A stretch of DNA of 64,000 nucleotides, taken from IMG/VR virus record IMGVR_UViG_3300032007_000082, positions 2,444 through 66,443 of that record. The stretch is one strand, 5' to 3'. Position 1 is the first letter of the stretch; the number at the start of each line of letters is the position of its first letter. The stretch comes from a virus. The translations under genes were made by a program, and so were the position numbers. The notes under the pieces were generated by a model. The model was not told the origin of the DNA. It did no database searches and saw only the letters and a list, made by a program, of their open reading frames with translations. Positions 38,433-48,456 of the stretch are shown here, piece after piece.

Positions 38433-38807
38433 CTAATTAATTAACATTAAACCTCTTTGTGGCGTTGCAAAAATGACTTTGACATCATTTAAAGTAGGAT
38501 ACGTCACCCATCCTATCAATTGGTTCCCGTCCTCGTCGTAACATTTTACGGAAGGACATTTATGCAATAAATGCGCATACGACCACTCGCTTTGAGCGCT
38601 CGCAATTTGCACTGTTATTTGGCCAACATATTTAACAATTTCCCTATTAACCTCTTGTTGTGTTGTTGCGGCCCCACTGATGCTTTCAGTAGCTGGGTCT
38701 GTAATTTTGATTTTTGACGAAGAACTCGCCCCGCTGCCGCTGTATCCATTTGGCCCTATACCAGTATGTCTGTTATGCCCTATTCCATTCATGAATTTAC
38801 CACGCAC
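38433..38807 (-). CDS. small virion structural protein
   Basis: W..HLLHKCPSVKCYD..G.V.Y....V.V.F motif seen in phage fiber-associated proteins. Confidence 0.6.
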   Translation of the reverse strand: MRGKFMNGIGHNRHTGIGPNGYSGSGASSSSKIKITDPATESISGAATTQQEVNREIVKYVGQITVQIASAQSEWSYAHLLHKCPSVKCYDEDGNQLIGWVTYPTLNDVKVIFATPQRGLMLIN

Positions 38808-39259
38808 AATATTAATAGGTCTTCTGCCCCCATTTTATCCGCATCAACCGTGATTAGCTGTTTAAAGCCGCTTCTCGCGCCGCTATTTAGCGCAGAAAGA
38901 ATGTCGCAGCCAATAATACTTTTATCAAAAACCATTTGTTCCGTTTCACACGCTGGACAGTATTTGCACCATGGTATACTAAGCCCGTTTGCCAACTGGG
39001 ACGGTTTAGACCAAACCCTAATATTACAATCATCAGGAATGTTTGCGGTGTATGTTTTATTTATCTGAATTGGAGGCACGGTTGATAATGTTTTAGGGAA
39101 AATAATATTATACGAGTATTTGCCTGAATTATCTATGATGACAAACGGGTTGTCTTTTGTTAAAAGGTAGTATGTCATGTTGTCGGTGTTCCCCAACTTG
39201 AAAGCAGCCGCTGGCATACGGCCAGCTATGATGTCTTCCGCCGCAACTTCGTTCCCCAT
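38789..39259 (-). CDS. hypothetical protein
   Basis: first ORF of the fiber/lysis transcript. Confidence 0.65.
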   Translation of the reverse strand: MGNEVAAEDIIAGRMPAAAFKLGNTDNMTYYLLTKDNPFVIIDNSGKYSYNIIFPKTLSTVPPIQINKTYTANIPDDCNIRVWSKPSQLANGLSIPWCKYCPACETEQMVFDKSIIGCDILSALNSGARSGFKQLITVDADKMGAEDLLILCVVNS

Positions 39260-39296
39260 AAAAATGATCTTATAGACAAGAGATTAATATTAAAAT

Positions 39297-39336
39297 ATTT
39301 GTCAAGATAATTCTTGACATTTTTGTTTTTTTTTTC
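39297..39336. promoter_or_regulatory. palindromic back-to-back TTGACA element
   Basis: TGTCAAGA-TAAT-TCTTGACA plus T-tract; near-identical to 22522-22558. Confidence 0.65.
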
Positions 39337-39349
39337 ATGTTTCACCCGA

Positions 39350-40057
39350 ATGATAGACGAGCCAAAAAAAATTTTGAACGAGTGGTTGCGTGAATTTGAT
39401 GCAGGTGGCTTTTTTGAATTCGGGGACGGGCTCACTTTGTTAAACAATATAGAACTTCCAATAAAAGGCGGAATGCACAAGGTTCATTCTTTGGAGTTGG
39501 AAACGGTTGTTTATACAGACGACACAGAATATAACAAAGGCGAACTTGTTAGAATAGAGCACAAGCCGTCATTTGAATACAAAGGACAACAAAGGAACGC
39601 TGGAAAACAACCATCCATTTGGATGTCTTTGATAGACAACAACAGTGAAAAGCCAAGCGACGATGTCCCGGAGGCATGGAGGCGCGTCACCAACCCGATG
39701 TTTGTCCCCTTTCACATAATAGATACGTGTGTAAAACGGTTGCAACTTGATTTTTACATCGGGCAACCCTACACCAAAGAAGAGGCATACCAAATATTGG
39801 CAATAATAATTATACCTTATATTATGGTTCTTTTTCCACCAATTAATACCGCCCTGTTCAAAAGCATGAGTGGCCTCTATACGACCTCAAAATCTTTCCA
39901 TAACCAATCTTTCGGCAAAGCCATACCAGCAATCCTGCTGGACAACCCGTTGTTGCAAAAATTGTTTGCAACGCCTGCTGGAATGGCGGCATACGAATTG
40001 TTGTCAACTTTGGTGCGCCGCAAACCTGTTATAACAGAAACGTATTTTCCTTATTGA
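39350..40057 (+). CDS. putative head-tail adaptor (DUF4054-like) with inserted carbohydrate-binding-like module
   Basis: C-terminal SKS..S..IP..L.NP....FATPAG..Y pattern; insert EYNKGELV..WMSLIDNN..P..W. Confidence 0.5.
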   Translation: MIDEPKKILNEWLREFDAGGFFEFGDGLTLLNNIELPIKGGMHKVHSLELETVVYTDDTEYNKGELVRIEHKPSFEYKGQQRNAGKQPSIWMSLIDNNSEKPSDDVPEAWRRVTNPMFVPFHIIDTCVKRLQLDFYIGQPYTKEEAYQILAIIIIPYIMVLFPPINTALFKSMSGLYTTSKSFHNQSFGKAIPAILLDNPLLQKLFATPAGMAAYELLSTLVRRKPVITETYFPY

Positions 40058-40058
40058 T

Positions 40059-40364
40059 ATGAAAGACAAATTGAAGAAATTTTTTGCTTACATCATTTTA
40101 GGCGTTCTCGCTGCCATACCAACATTGTTTGTTCTCAATTTATATGTCAAACAGGCAGCATTAGAGCGCAAAATTGCTCAAAACGAACAAATAGACATGG
40201 CATTTCACATTATGAGCATTGCAAATAAAATGCGTCTTGACGACATGCTTATGGGCGGCGGGTACGCAAGCGGGATTGAGGATTACTTCCCGGCAGCGAG
40301 GGAGTTCGTCAAGAACGAGAGGAAGGGCTTGGAGCGTCTATTGTCCTCCTATTATCAAGGTTGA
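40059..40364 (+). CDS. membrane-anchored hypothetical protein
   Basis: N-terminal TM helix. Confidence 0.6.
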   Translation: MKDKLKKFFAYIILGVLAAIPTLFVLNLYVKQAALERKIAQNEQIDMAFHIMSIANKMRLDDMLMGGGYASGIEDYFPAAREFVKNERKGLERLLSSYYQG

Positions 40365-41040
40365 AAGAAAACTGCAAGATGTTTTTTGATGCATCAGATT
40401 TGGTGTCTTGCAACATTTTAGAAATTTTCCCTAAACAATCTGCCATTACCTTCGGGTCATCCGATTCGTAGGCCGAACGACACATTTTAGCCAAAAAAAC
40501 ACTAATAAAGGGCGCGCTTGAGTCCCCTTGCATCGCCGTCAAGTCGGACAGCGTGGCGTTTAGCACTTTACTCAAACTGTCAACAAGCTCTTGCTGCATT
40601 TTGATTTTACTGTGCAACACGGCTTCCACCATTGGCTTTAAACTATCTGTAATATTGCTTGTTGTCTCTTCAATTTTGTCGCGAGTGTGTTGATAATAGA
40701 TTTCCAATTCAGTGTTTGCTCCTTCCAAGAGCGCACACAACTGTCTATCATCAAGAGCCATTTGTATTTTTTTCTTTAAGGCATCTCTCTTGGCGCGCTC
40801 ATCTTCTCGCACAAAATTTTCATCAACATCTTTGCAAATCAATTCAACAATCTCTTTCGCAGAGGGTTTTTTTTGTTTAATTTTTTCGTTAAAACGTAAT
40901 TTTTGCAAAATTGTCAACACAATAGTCCGTAAAGGCACAGAGCCGTCATCTATATGGAGATCACCGAGCCTGTATCTGTCGTACAGCTCTTGACATGTTA
41001 TTAATGGGTTTTGTGAAGTCGGAGTTACATCTTTAATCAT
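40309..41040 (-). CDS. helical hypothetical protein (possible terminase small subunit)
   Basis: alpha-helical 243-aa ORF; the functional guess is weak. Confidence 0.5.
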   Translation of the reverse strand: MIKDVTPTSQNPLITCQELYDRYRLGDLHIDDGSVPLRTIVLTILQKLRFNEKIKQKKPSAKEIVELICKDVDENFVREDERAKRDALKKKIQMALDDRQLCALLEGANTELEIYYQHTRDKIEETTSNITDSLKPMVEAVLHSKIKMQQELVDSLSKVLNATLSDLTAMQGDSSAPFISVFLAKMCRSAYESDDPKVMADCLGKISKMLQDTKSDASKNILQFSFNLDNRRTIDAPSPSSRS

Positions 41041-41356
41041 ATTGCGCCATTAAAGCAAGTATTATCATGGTTTTAAAATCAAGCTCATTTATTGATGTTT
41101 TCCCACAAAATGGCAATAGCGTTTGTTTGGAAAGCTGCAAATAAAAATCAACCTCCTCTATATCATTGTCTGTAATATGAAAACACCGCAGATTAAACAA
41201 ATCTTTTACAGCATTTATATATCCTCTATTATATATTTCTTGCCACTCTCTTGTTGTTACTTTATGTAAATTTTTGTGATATGCGGCTAAACACTCTTTT
41301 TTTTTATGCGCGCAAAACGCAAGGCGGTTGTGTAATATGTCGTGAGAAGTCGGCAA
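41033..41356 (-). CDS. hypothetical protein
   Basis: 107-aa ORF overlapping its neighbours. Confidence 0.5.
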   Translation of the reverse strand: MPTSHDILHNRLAFCAHKKKECLAAYHKNLHKVTTREWQEIYNRGYINAVKDLFNLRCFHITDNDIEEVDFYLQLSKQTLLPFCGKTSINELDFKTMIILALMAQYD

Positions 41357-41970
41357 GCAATATTGATATAAAACACAAAGTTTTCAAATTCAGATGGGTC
41401 AGATGATGCAAGGGCGCCATCAACTCCGTCAATCAACAGATTTGCTTGTTCTTTTATCTTGTCCAACAACCCTTGCTCCATCTGTGGAACACTCGGTGCT
41501 ATTTCTCGCAAGACATAATCTGCCTCTTTTTGTTCCTCGTTTTCGGTGTTTTGGTCTTTTAGAGTGCCACTGCTTTGTTGCGTTAACAGAAAAGTGTAGT
41601 AACGGATTAACGGCTCGGTGATGTTGATAATTTTCATGACGCTATTATATTCGGTTGGGTTGTTAATTTTTTTTAACTTCAAATTTGCGTTAAAGAAAGT
41701 GGTGAAATTTGTGTAATCGCTATTATCTGACAAGAAAAAATCAATCAATGCTTCAAGAGAGGTCTCTGACATTGTTGGTATTAAGTTTTGCAAAGGGATG
41801 ATAATGGAGTAAGCAAAAATATCGCATTCCACATCTTTTTGCCGCTCCGTCTCCAATTCATGTTCCAGTTTTTGGCGATCCGCAGCTGTTAACTTGCCCC
41901 AATCGCGAAACAAAACGACATATTTGTTAAGAAGCTCTTGCAATTTCTTCTTGTCTGCTGGTAAATCCAT
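41287..41970 (-). CDS. hypothetical protein (possible tail assembly chaperone)
   Basis: acidic helical ORF near the tape measure gene. Confidence 0.55.
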   Translation of the reverse strand: MDLPADKKKLQELLNKYVVLFRDWGKLTAADRQKLEHELETERQKDVECDIFAYSIIIPLQNLIPTMSETSLEALIDFFLSDNSDYTNFTTFFNANLKLKKINNPTEYNSVMKIINITEPLIRYYTFLLTQQSSGTLKDQNTENEEQKEADYVLREIAPSVPQMEQGLLDKIKEQANLLIDGVDGALASSDPSEFENFVFYINIACRLLTTYYTTALRFARIKKKSV

Positions 41971-41971
41971 A

Positions 41972-42598
41972 TTATTTAATCTTCATGATACCGCCGTATG
42001 TTGTATTGCTGTATTGTGATAAACGCGCAAACGCTGGCTTGTTGTCCTCTATTGCAAGCATTCTTTTATACTTTTCTTCTGTTTCAAATTGAACCATGCG
42101 ATGAGGTGTAATAGCGATTGTTGAACATTGTGGGTTCTCCTTGCGCGCCTTTCTATAAAGTATCAGCGTGTCGTTTGTGTTGTTCACAAATATCAGTGGC
42201 GCAGCTTTGCTGTTTGATGCGTCTTTTGTGTCGTTTGCGGAGTTTTTGGCATTTGGCGATATATCAAGCTTGTGTTGTAGTTCTGCGAGTTGATCGTTCA
42301 GGTCATCAATCCTTTTTGATTGAAGGGCTATACGGCCAATTTCAACAAGCAATTTGCTGATAATTGTTTTTTTATCATCTTTCATGTTGGCCATCTCACT
42401 TACGTCGATGTCCTGATTTTTTTCCAGCTGGTTGAACGCAATCCTTTGATATAATTCAATCAAAACGTTTTTTTTAATGTTGCAACTGTTTAATTCGGTT
42501 ACAAGTTCCTCCGTTGACATTTTTATTTCTTCGGTTGCCGTTTGTTGTTCTTCGGTAGCTACCGGAAGCTGATCGTTAATTATAATTCCCTCTGTCAT
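41972..42598 (-). CDS. hypothetical virion-associated protein
   Basis: 208-aa ORF with GGAG RBS and TTGACA upstream. Confidence 0.6.
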   Translation of the reverse strand: MTEGIIINDQLPVATEEQQTATEEIKMSTEELVTELNSCNIKKNVLIELYQRIAFNQLEKNQDIDVSEMANMKDDKKTIISKLLVEIGRIALQSKRIDDLNDQLAELQHKLDISPNAKNSANDTKDASNSKAAPLIFVNNTNDTLILYRKARKENPQCSTIAITPHRMVQFETEEKYKRMLAIEDNKPAFARLSQYSNTTYGGIMKIK

Positions 42599-42628
42599 GC
42601 TCCGTATATGTAATATTTTTTATAATTG

Positions 42629-44218
42629 TCAAGAGTTATAACTTGTTCCGCCGTTGTGAAAGAAATGCGTGCTTTCTTCACTCCACCTCTGCTCTTCGTT
42701 TGCCGCCGTTAAGCTTTCGGCGACAACTTGTTTGATGCTTGGCCCGATGGCTTCAACCAATTCATCAGGGTTAGAAACACCGTTTAGATTGTTGTTGACT
42801 GTTAAATTAATATTGTTGTTGTTAACCCTGTGCGTCTCAGCGTTCTTCGGCATAACGAGATCGTTGATGTAGCTGCCTAACCCTACGCCTGCCGCCCCCC
42901 CCAAGGCGGCACCAGCTATACCACCAACTGCCGTTCCAACCCCTGGCATAAACGCCGACCCGAGCAACGCACCAATTTTAGCGCCAGCCCACATTCCAGC
43001 ACCAGCCCCCATTGTCCCGCCAATCGCTGGGGCAACCTTACGCCCTATCGCCGCACTCCCATCGGCTCCAAGTATCTGATTGGCACCCGTTAGCACATGG
43101 TTGACAGCTGGCAAAGCGGCGGATGACAAAATATCTGTCGCTGCGGTTTTTAATGCATGGAATTTTTTGCTCGTGTCTTCCATTAATTTAACTTGGTTCT
43201 CCGCAATGGTGTTTCTCTTTTCTAAACTTGCTAAAAAGGCGTTTTCCAGTCCCACATCTCTCGCCATTTGCTGTTGTGTGTCTCTGTCTCTATATTTTAC
43301 TTTGATGGTATCAAGCACCGTTTTAACATCGTGTGCAGAATTTAGGCCAAGCGTGTGCAACATTTTGTTTGGTTCGTATCCTCTACGAACATATTGCATC
43401 TGATTTTGATAATATTGTGCTATTTCTTGATCTACTTCTTTTGAAGAGATGTAAGGTGAGTATTTTGCCTTTGATATCAAAGAATTTGCATACTGGTCTT
43501 TGTTATGTGTGTATTTGTGTGATGCAGTATAGTCATCATAAAGCCCAATAGTTTTATATCCAAGTGCCAAAGCGCCAGTAGAACCAGCAAAGGCGGCTTT
43601 CTTTCCAATATTGAACAATGTTTTACCAGTTTTTGTCGCAAAGTTTTCAATGCTTTTGTTAAACCGCTTCTCACGCGCCAACCTTTCTTTTAATTGTTTC
43701 TCCTGTTCCTTTTCCAAACGTTTTTGTTCCCTATCCAAACGTTGTTTTTCTTTTATTGTTTTGCGCTCCTCTGCCAATTTTTGTTTTTGAAGCGAGGCAT
43801 TTTGTCGCTGTATTTTTTCCTGCTCAACAACAAAGGACGCAAATCTGTCCATGTTTTTGTTTGTCAACCTCCCGTGTTCTTCTTCAAACGCGGGCCTGTA
43901 TTGATTAAATTTAGAAACCAAAGCTTCATCTTGCCTTGCTATCGCGTAATTGCGTTTAAATGTGTCTGATAGTGATGGATGTTTTCTTTGTTCTTGCAGC
44001 GCAATATACTTGACAAAATCATTGGCACGCGAGCGCGTCATTTTGCTCGCCCCTACCGCCTGCAAAAAACTGGTTTTGTAGTTATCCAAAAGTTTTTTGT
44101 CCAAATTGGTTGTGTTGAACTGCCTGATTTGTCTTTGAACGGCCTTTGAAATGCTGTCATCCCCCCTGTTTGGTTTTTTTAATTTGCCGATTTTTACACT
44201 CACGCTGCCATCTGCCAT
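42629..44218 (-). CDS. tail tape measure protein
   Basis: coiled-coil N-half, Gly/Ala zipper GAGAGMWAGAKIGALLG..PGVGTAVGG, NINLTVN C-terminus. Confidence 0.75.
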   Translation of the reverse strand: MADGSVSVKIGKLKKPNRGDDSISKAVQRQIRQFNTTNLDKKLLDNYKTSFLQAVGASKMTRSRANDFVKYIALQEQRKHPSLSDTFKRNYAIARQDEALVSKFNQYRPAFEEEHGRLTNKNMDRFASFVVEQEKIQRQNASLQKQKLAEERKTIKEKQRLDREQKRLEKEQEKQLKERLAREKRFNKSIENFATKTGKTLFNIGKKAAFAGSTGALALGYKTIGLYDDYTASHKYTHNKDQYANSLISKAKYSPYISSKEVDQEIAQYYQNQMQYVRRGYEPNKMLHTLGLNSAHDVKTVLDTIKVKYRDRDTQQQMARDVGLENAFLASLEKRNTIAENQVKLMEDTSKKFHALKTAATDILSSAALPAVNHVLTGANQILGADGSAAIGRKVAPAIGGTMGAGAGMWAGAKIGALLGSAFMPGVGTAVGGIAGAALGGAAGVGLGSYINDLVMPKNAETHRVNNNNINLTVNNNLNGVSNPDELVEAIGPSIKQVVAESLTAANEEQRWSEESTHFFHNGGTSYNS

Positions 44219-44221
44219 ATT

Positions 44222-45889
44222 TTAACCAAAAACATTGCCTTCAATTTTCCTTTTCGCTCCAACATTGTCCTGAAACGCAGTAGTATTGGCCAAATTAACA
44301 GCGCGCTCCAAGCTTGTGTCTGATATTTTAAAGCTGATTTGATATAAATCCGTGCTTTGTCCTTGATAAACCGAGCATAAGTCAAGAATATTAAGGATTG
44401 ATTGATAGTAAATATAATATTTGTTTTTAATTTTGTTGTATAACAGGCCTTCAAAGTTCGTCATCTTGCTTTTACTTGACGTCACCTGATTCAGTGCGTC
44501 TACATTTGACAAATCTGACGCTTGAAAACCAAGTATTGTCGTATAAATAAGATAAGTAACCATTTGCAACGAACTTTTGATAGATGGCGTTGCGTCAAGC
44601 TGTTCTATTGAAATGTCTTCAAGTATACCACCGAAATTAATTGATGGGAGACGGCAAAAACCATGGGTGTCCGCGTTGTCTTCTACCCTCTCTCTGCCTG
44701 TTGGAAGTCCTCCTTGAAAAGACGATCTTGCGCTGGCATTGGCTTTTGTGTCTTTTTTGCCCCACCATTTGCCATTCATGGTTCGCAAATCATGTTGAAC
44801 TTTTTCTAAATAATAAGTGGCGGTTGTAATTACATCAAATCTTGATTCAATAATGGTGTCTGCTTTTCCTCTATAACAATTTTTAGCCAAATTATATTTT
44901 TTTTCATTGCTCCCTTTGCAAAAAACAACAAAACTGTCAGTAATAACAAACTCATTCTCGCCATCTTTGCCGTCTTCGCCCTCAAACATGTTTCTAATAA
45001 TATATTTCCTGCATTCTTTTTTTCTCTTCATCGGCAAAGACAAATACAAGTTCTCACTCTCGGTCATTATCTCTTCTGTGACCGCGCCGTTGTCTGTTTT
45101 CAACCTTCTAACGTCATCAGGTGGCACACAAAATAACCCGTATTGTGGATGCAAAATTACATAACAACCACCTAACGCTTCTGCGTACTCAATCGCTTTA
45201 TTTACATATCTATTGTTTTCATTCACTATTATTTCATCGCAGACATAATCATTTACACCGCAATATTTCCTGTTGTATATCAGGTTGTTTGTTAATGTTG
45301 AGGCGATTAATGACACTATGTTTTGAAACACAACATTGCGCTGCCAAAATAAAAGCAATTGTGGCTGAAAAATCACAAGAGGTATCATTCTCTCTCTAAA
45401 AACCTGCTGTATAGCACACATGTCCCGCCATGTTCTGTCTTTGGTATAGCCAAACCCCGCAGAAGCATTTGCGGGGCTGTACACATCAATCGGTCTGTGC
45501 GCTTCAAATGTATTTTCAAGCCATTGCGACCCAAGCCGCGCATCAAAATGCTGGCTGGTGTCGTCAGAGCCAAAGTCATATTGTTGTTCTTTGCAATATT
45601 TGGCCAAATCTGTCGTTAATCGTTCATACTCTTTGCGAGCATTGCTATCCTCTTCGTTATCTTTTTTGAGCTGTTGCTCGCCGAGCGCGTCAATCACGTT
45701 GTGTAGTCGCTCGTTTGTGGCTTTAATTTGTTCATACCGTTCCTGCGCCTGTCGCAATTGGTTGATGTTTTGCTGATTGTCGTATGCATATATCTGTTGC
45801 TCCAATTTCATGCGATCAATTTCTTTTTGTTGCTCGCAATTGAGTTGTGTTAATTCTTTTATCTTTTTTTTACCACTAAATAACATCAT
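44222..45889 (-). CDS. portal protein (DUF1073-like) with N-terminal coiled coil
   Basis: VFQNIVSLIA and KAIEYAEALGGCYVIL resemble DUF1073 portal motifs; about 555 aa. Confidence 0.6.
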   Translation of the reverse strand: MMLFSGKKKIKELTQLNCEQQKEIDRMKLEQQIYAYDNQQNINQLRQAQERYEQIKATNERLHNVIDALGEQQLKKDNEEDSNARKEYERLTTDLAKYCKEQQYDFGSDDTSQHFDARLGSQWLENTFEAHRPIDVYSPANASAGFGYTKDRTWRDMCAIQQVFRERMIPLVIFQPQLLLFWQRNVVFQNIVSLIASTLTNNLIYNRKYCGVNDYVCDEIIVNENNRYVNKAIEYAEALGGCYVILHPQYGLFCVPPDDVRRLKTDNGAVTEEIMTESENLYLSLPMKRKKECRKYIIRNMFEGEDGKDGENEFVITDSFVVFCKGSNEKKYNLAKNCYRGKADTIIESRFDVITTATYYLEKVQHDLRTMNGKWWGKKDTKANASARSSFQGGLPTGRERVEDNADTHGFCRLPSINFGGILEDISIEQLDATPSIKSSLQMVTYLIYTTILGFQASDLSNVDALNQVTSSKSKMTNFEGLLYNKIKNKYYIYYQSILNILDLCSVYQGQSTDLYQISFKISDTSLERAVNLANTTAFQDNVGAKRKIEGNVFG

Positions 45890-46283
45890 ACTTTGAAAGT
45901 AAATTAAACCATTTATTATTTTCAAGGTTTTTGCAAAACATAACATCACCAACCCAACGCATTGAGCTATACATTACAGCATTAATCGGGGTAACATTCA
46001 GACCGCGCCCTCCGTGCCCTCTAAAACGCGCCTTCGCGTAGCACACTCCGTTAAACTTCACAAACTTCGCTTCTTCCTTGAACTCGTCAGAAAACATATA
46101 ATCGGCAATTTTTTTGTTGTATGCCCCAAGCAACGGCAAGTATAATTCGTATTCTATGCATCCGTCTCTATGGGAATATTTTAATATGTCTTTGAAAGCG
46201 TCAGGAACGGCGCCGAACCCATGCACAACGATGTATTTTTTTGTGCTATCTATCCATTTGTTATTAATTTTCATTACTCTCAT
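45876..46283 (-). CDS. hypothetical protein
   Basis: 135-aa ORF in the structural operon. Confidence 0.6.
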   Translation of the reverse strand: MRVMKINNKWIDSTKKYIVVHGFGAVPDAFKDILKYSHRDGCIEYELYLPLLGAYNKKIADYMFSDEFKEEAKFVKFNGVCYAKARFRGHGGRGLNVTPINAVMYSSMRWVGDVMFCKNLENNKWFNLLSKYDVI

Positions 46284-47395
46284 TTGTCAAGCCCGTAAAT
46301 ATTACCCTGCACCTTTGAAGCGCCTATCTCTGTTTTACTTAACACCAACCGCGTTGACGCGTTTGATAATTCGTGTTTTGCAAATTTTGCATTAAATTCC
46401 ACTGACTGCACATAATAACCCTCGGGCAGATTGAAAAGTTTGTTGTTATTGTTGACATTGCTGCATATTATCACCTTATCTCCCATTTGGATGGATGGCG
46501 TGTAAGGGACCGTCACCGCAACTTGTTGCACCCCTTCAAGCGTAACAAAATCATAAATCGCGTTATTGTTGTCATGGTACACCCATGTTGGCCTTGAAGA
46601 TATTTGACCTTTGAGATAGCTTTCTATAATCCCCATATCGCCAGTTGGTACAGCGCAATAATCAATCGTGTTTTTGTACAAATCATCGTGTTGACCCAAG
46701 AAAGTTAAATTGCCGACTTTTGGATAACAAGTGATAATAAAATTGTCTACCTTATGTGTCTGATCAGGAAAATCGCGGGCTAAAAATTCTATCAAGTTTT
46801 CAACATATTCCTTTTTGTGCTGGTAGACAAACAGCGCGGCGTCTCCTTTTGGATCAAAAGATAGATATTGCCGATTATATTTGGCCGCTATCGCTCTCTT
46901 AAGCTCGTATTTCATAATTCCTTTGCTAAACTGGCCTTCGGGATAAATTTCTGCAATGGTTTGCCTGTCTATCAATGTGTCAAGCGCAGGGCTGCCGACC
47001 ATTACAAAAGCGCCATCTTTGGGGTCACCTATTGGGCGCGCCCTGGCCACATTAAAAAAGAATGAGCGCTTTAAATTATCTCCGTTTGCCACTGCAACAA
47101 ATTCTACGCTCGTGACGTTTTCGTAAAAATCTTCTGCTGCACGAAAATAATAAAACCCTTCGTCCCTCATGATTTGCTTTGCCAAATTAACAGGAAAGTG
47201 ATACACGGTCAACTTACAATTCAACACACTTGAACCACTTATAATATAAGTTCCTGACACAGATATGTCATGGGTCGCGTCTGTAAAACTGTATATCAAC
47301 CTTTTTGTAGGGTTTTTTACCACGCCCCTATAAATCTTGACTGTATACGCAAACGAATGGCCGTTATAAATGTTAATTGTGTTTTTTTTAGCCAT
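46280..47395 (-). CDS. putative baseplate hub protein
   Basis: position; CKLTVYHF, PSIQMGDKVII..GYYVQSV pattern. Confidence 0.6.
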   Translation of the reverse strand: MAKKNTINIYNGHSFAYTVKIYRGVVKNPTKRLIYSFTDATHDISVSGTYIISGSSVLNCKLTVYHFPVNLAKQIMRDEGFYYFRAAEDFYENVTSVEFVAVANGDNLKRSFFFNVARARPIGDPKDGAFVMVGSPALDTLIDRQTIAEIYPEGQFSKGIMKYELKRAIAAKYNRQYLSFDPKGDAALFVYQHKKEYVENLIEFLARDFPDQTHKVDNFIITCYPKVGNLTFLGQHDDLYKNTIDYCAVPTGDMGIIESYLKGQISSRPTWVYHDNNNAIYDFVTLEGVQQVAVTVPYTPSIQMGDKVIICSNVNNNNKLFNLPEGYYVQSVEFNAKFAKHELSNASTRLVLSKTEIGASKVQGNIYGLDK

Positions 47396-47783
47396 AACCG
47401 TTAAAGGCGTTAAACTTTTTTCTTTCTTCCAGCAAATCCTCGTAAGTCATGTAATAAAATGCTAAAAAACCGTTGACAAGATCAAGATATGTTGGATCTG
47501 TCTGTGTTGCTGTCCGACATTGTAGCACATATGGAAATACTTCCTTGTAAGAATACGGGACAAAGCTAAACCCGCAACACACACGATTGATGTTGATAAT
47601 CAGCGGTTCTTCGCCGATGTAATCGGCGGCGGCATATTCAATGCGCGCGCTGATGCCATTAAAACCGTTATTATACAAATATAAATCAATGGTGTCGCCG
47701 TTAGCGGCAATTATTTGTTTGTGGAACTCGTCACCACCCACTTCAATATCATCGTTAGTAATTTCTATAATTTGCTTACTCAT
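47388..47783 (-). CDS. putative small baseplate protein
   Basis: position upstream of the hub; DPTYLDL...YY C-terminal motif. Confidence 0.55.
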   Translation of the reverse strand: MSKQIIEITNDDIEVGGDEFHKQIIAANGDTIDLYLYNNGFNGISARIEYAAADYIGEEPLIININRVCCGFSFVPYSYKEVFPYVLQCRTATQTDPTYLDLVNGFLAFYYMTYEDLLEERKKFNAFNGYG

Positions 47784-48456
47784 ACATACAACACCATTCA
47801 GGTTTAATTATTAACGGCACGTGTTCAATATCAAAGTTTTTTGTTCCTTTTGGATAAACATAATAACCAAAATTGTTCGGCGTATGAGGTATAAATAAAA
47901 GCTCGTTTTTTTCCAAATCAATATCTTTTGGAACATTTATAACGATGAAACGCTGCCCGAGTGTTTTGGGAAAAAGTCGGTAATAACCTATTGCTTTTTT
48001 CAAAATATCATCTTCTTGCATAAATAAATAAGCCGTTCTGCCATCAGAAAAATAGCGGCCAAAGTTGAAAAGTGGAGCATATCTGTCTATAATATCTTTT
48101 CTTGAATTAATATCTAACGTGAGAAAAACCCACGCCACTCTTGCCAATTTAGCATAATTATCATCATCTAAAACATAATTTAAAAAACACCTGCCAATAT
48201 TCAGCTGTTGCTTTATTACATCTTCCAATATTTCACCAGTTTGCGCAGATGAATAATTTTGATATTTATAGCCAAGTAATGGATAATTTTTGAAAATTGT
48301 GCTAACAATACCGCGCAATAATCCTTGATTAAACTCGTTATCAAGATACATTGGCAATTCAAAATTCCAGTTTTCAATTGCCTTTACGAGGTTGGCTTTA
48401 TTTTTCTCAACATTGCACATGTCGCCCCACTGTATCTCCTTCTCTTTAATTTCCAT
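47776..48456 (-). CDS. putative baseplate wedge protein (DUF2612-like)
   Basis: follows baseplate J; AQTGEIL, LDDDNY, LFPKTLG motifs. Confidence 0.55.
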   Translation of the reverse strand: MEIKEKEIQWGDMCNVEKNKANLVKAIENWNFELPMYLDNEFNQGLLRGIVSTIFKNYPLLGYKYQNYSSAQTGEILEDVIKQQLNIGRCFLNYVLDDDNYAKLARVAWVFLTLDINSRKDIIDRYAPLFNFGRYFSDGRTAYLFMQEDDILKKAIGYYRLFPKTLGQRFIVINVPKDIDLEKNELLFIPHTPNNFGYYVYPKGTKNFDIEHVPLIIKPEWCCMYE

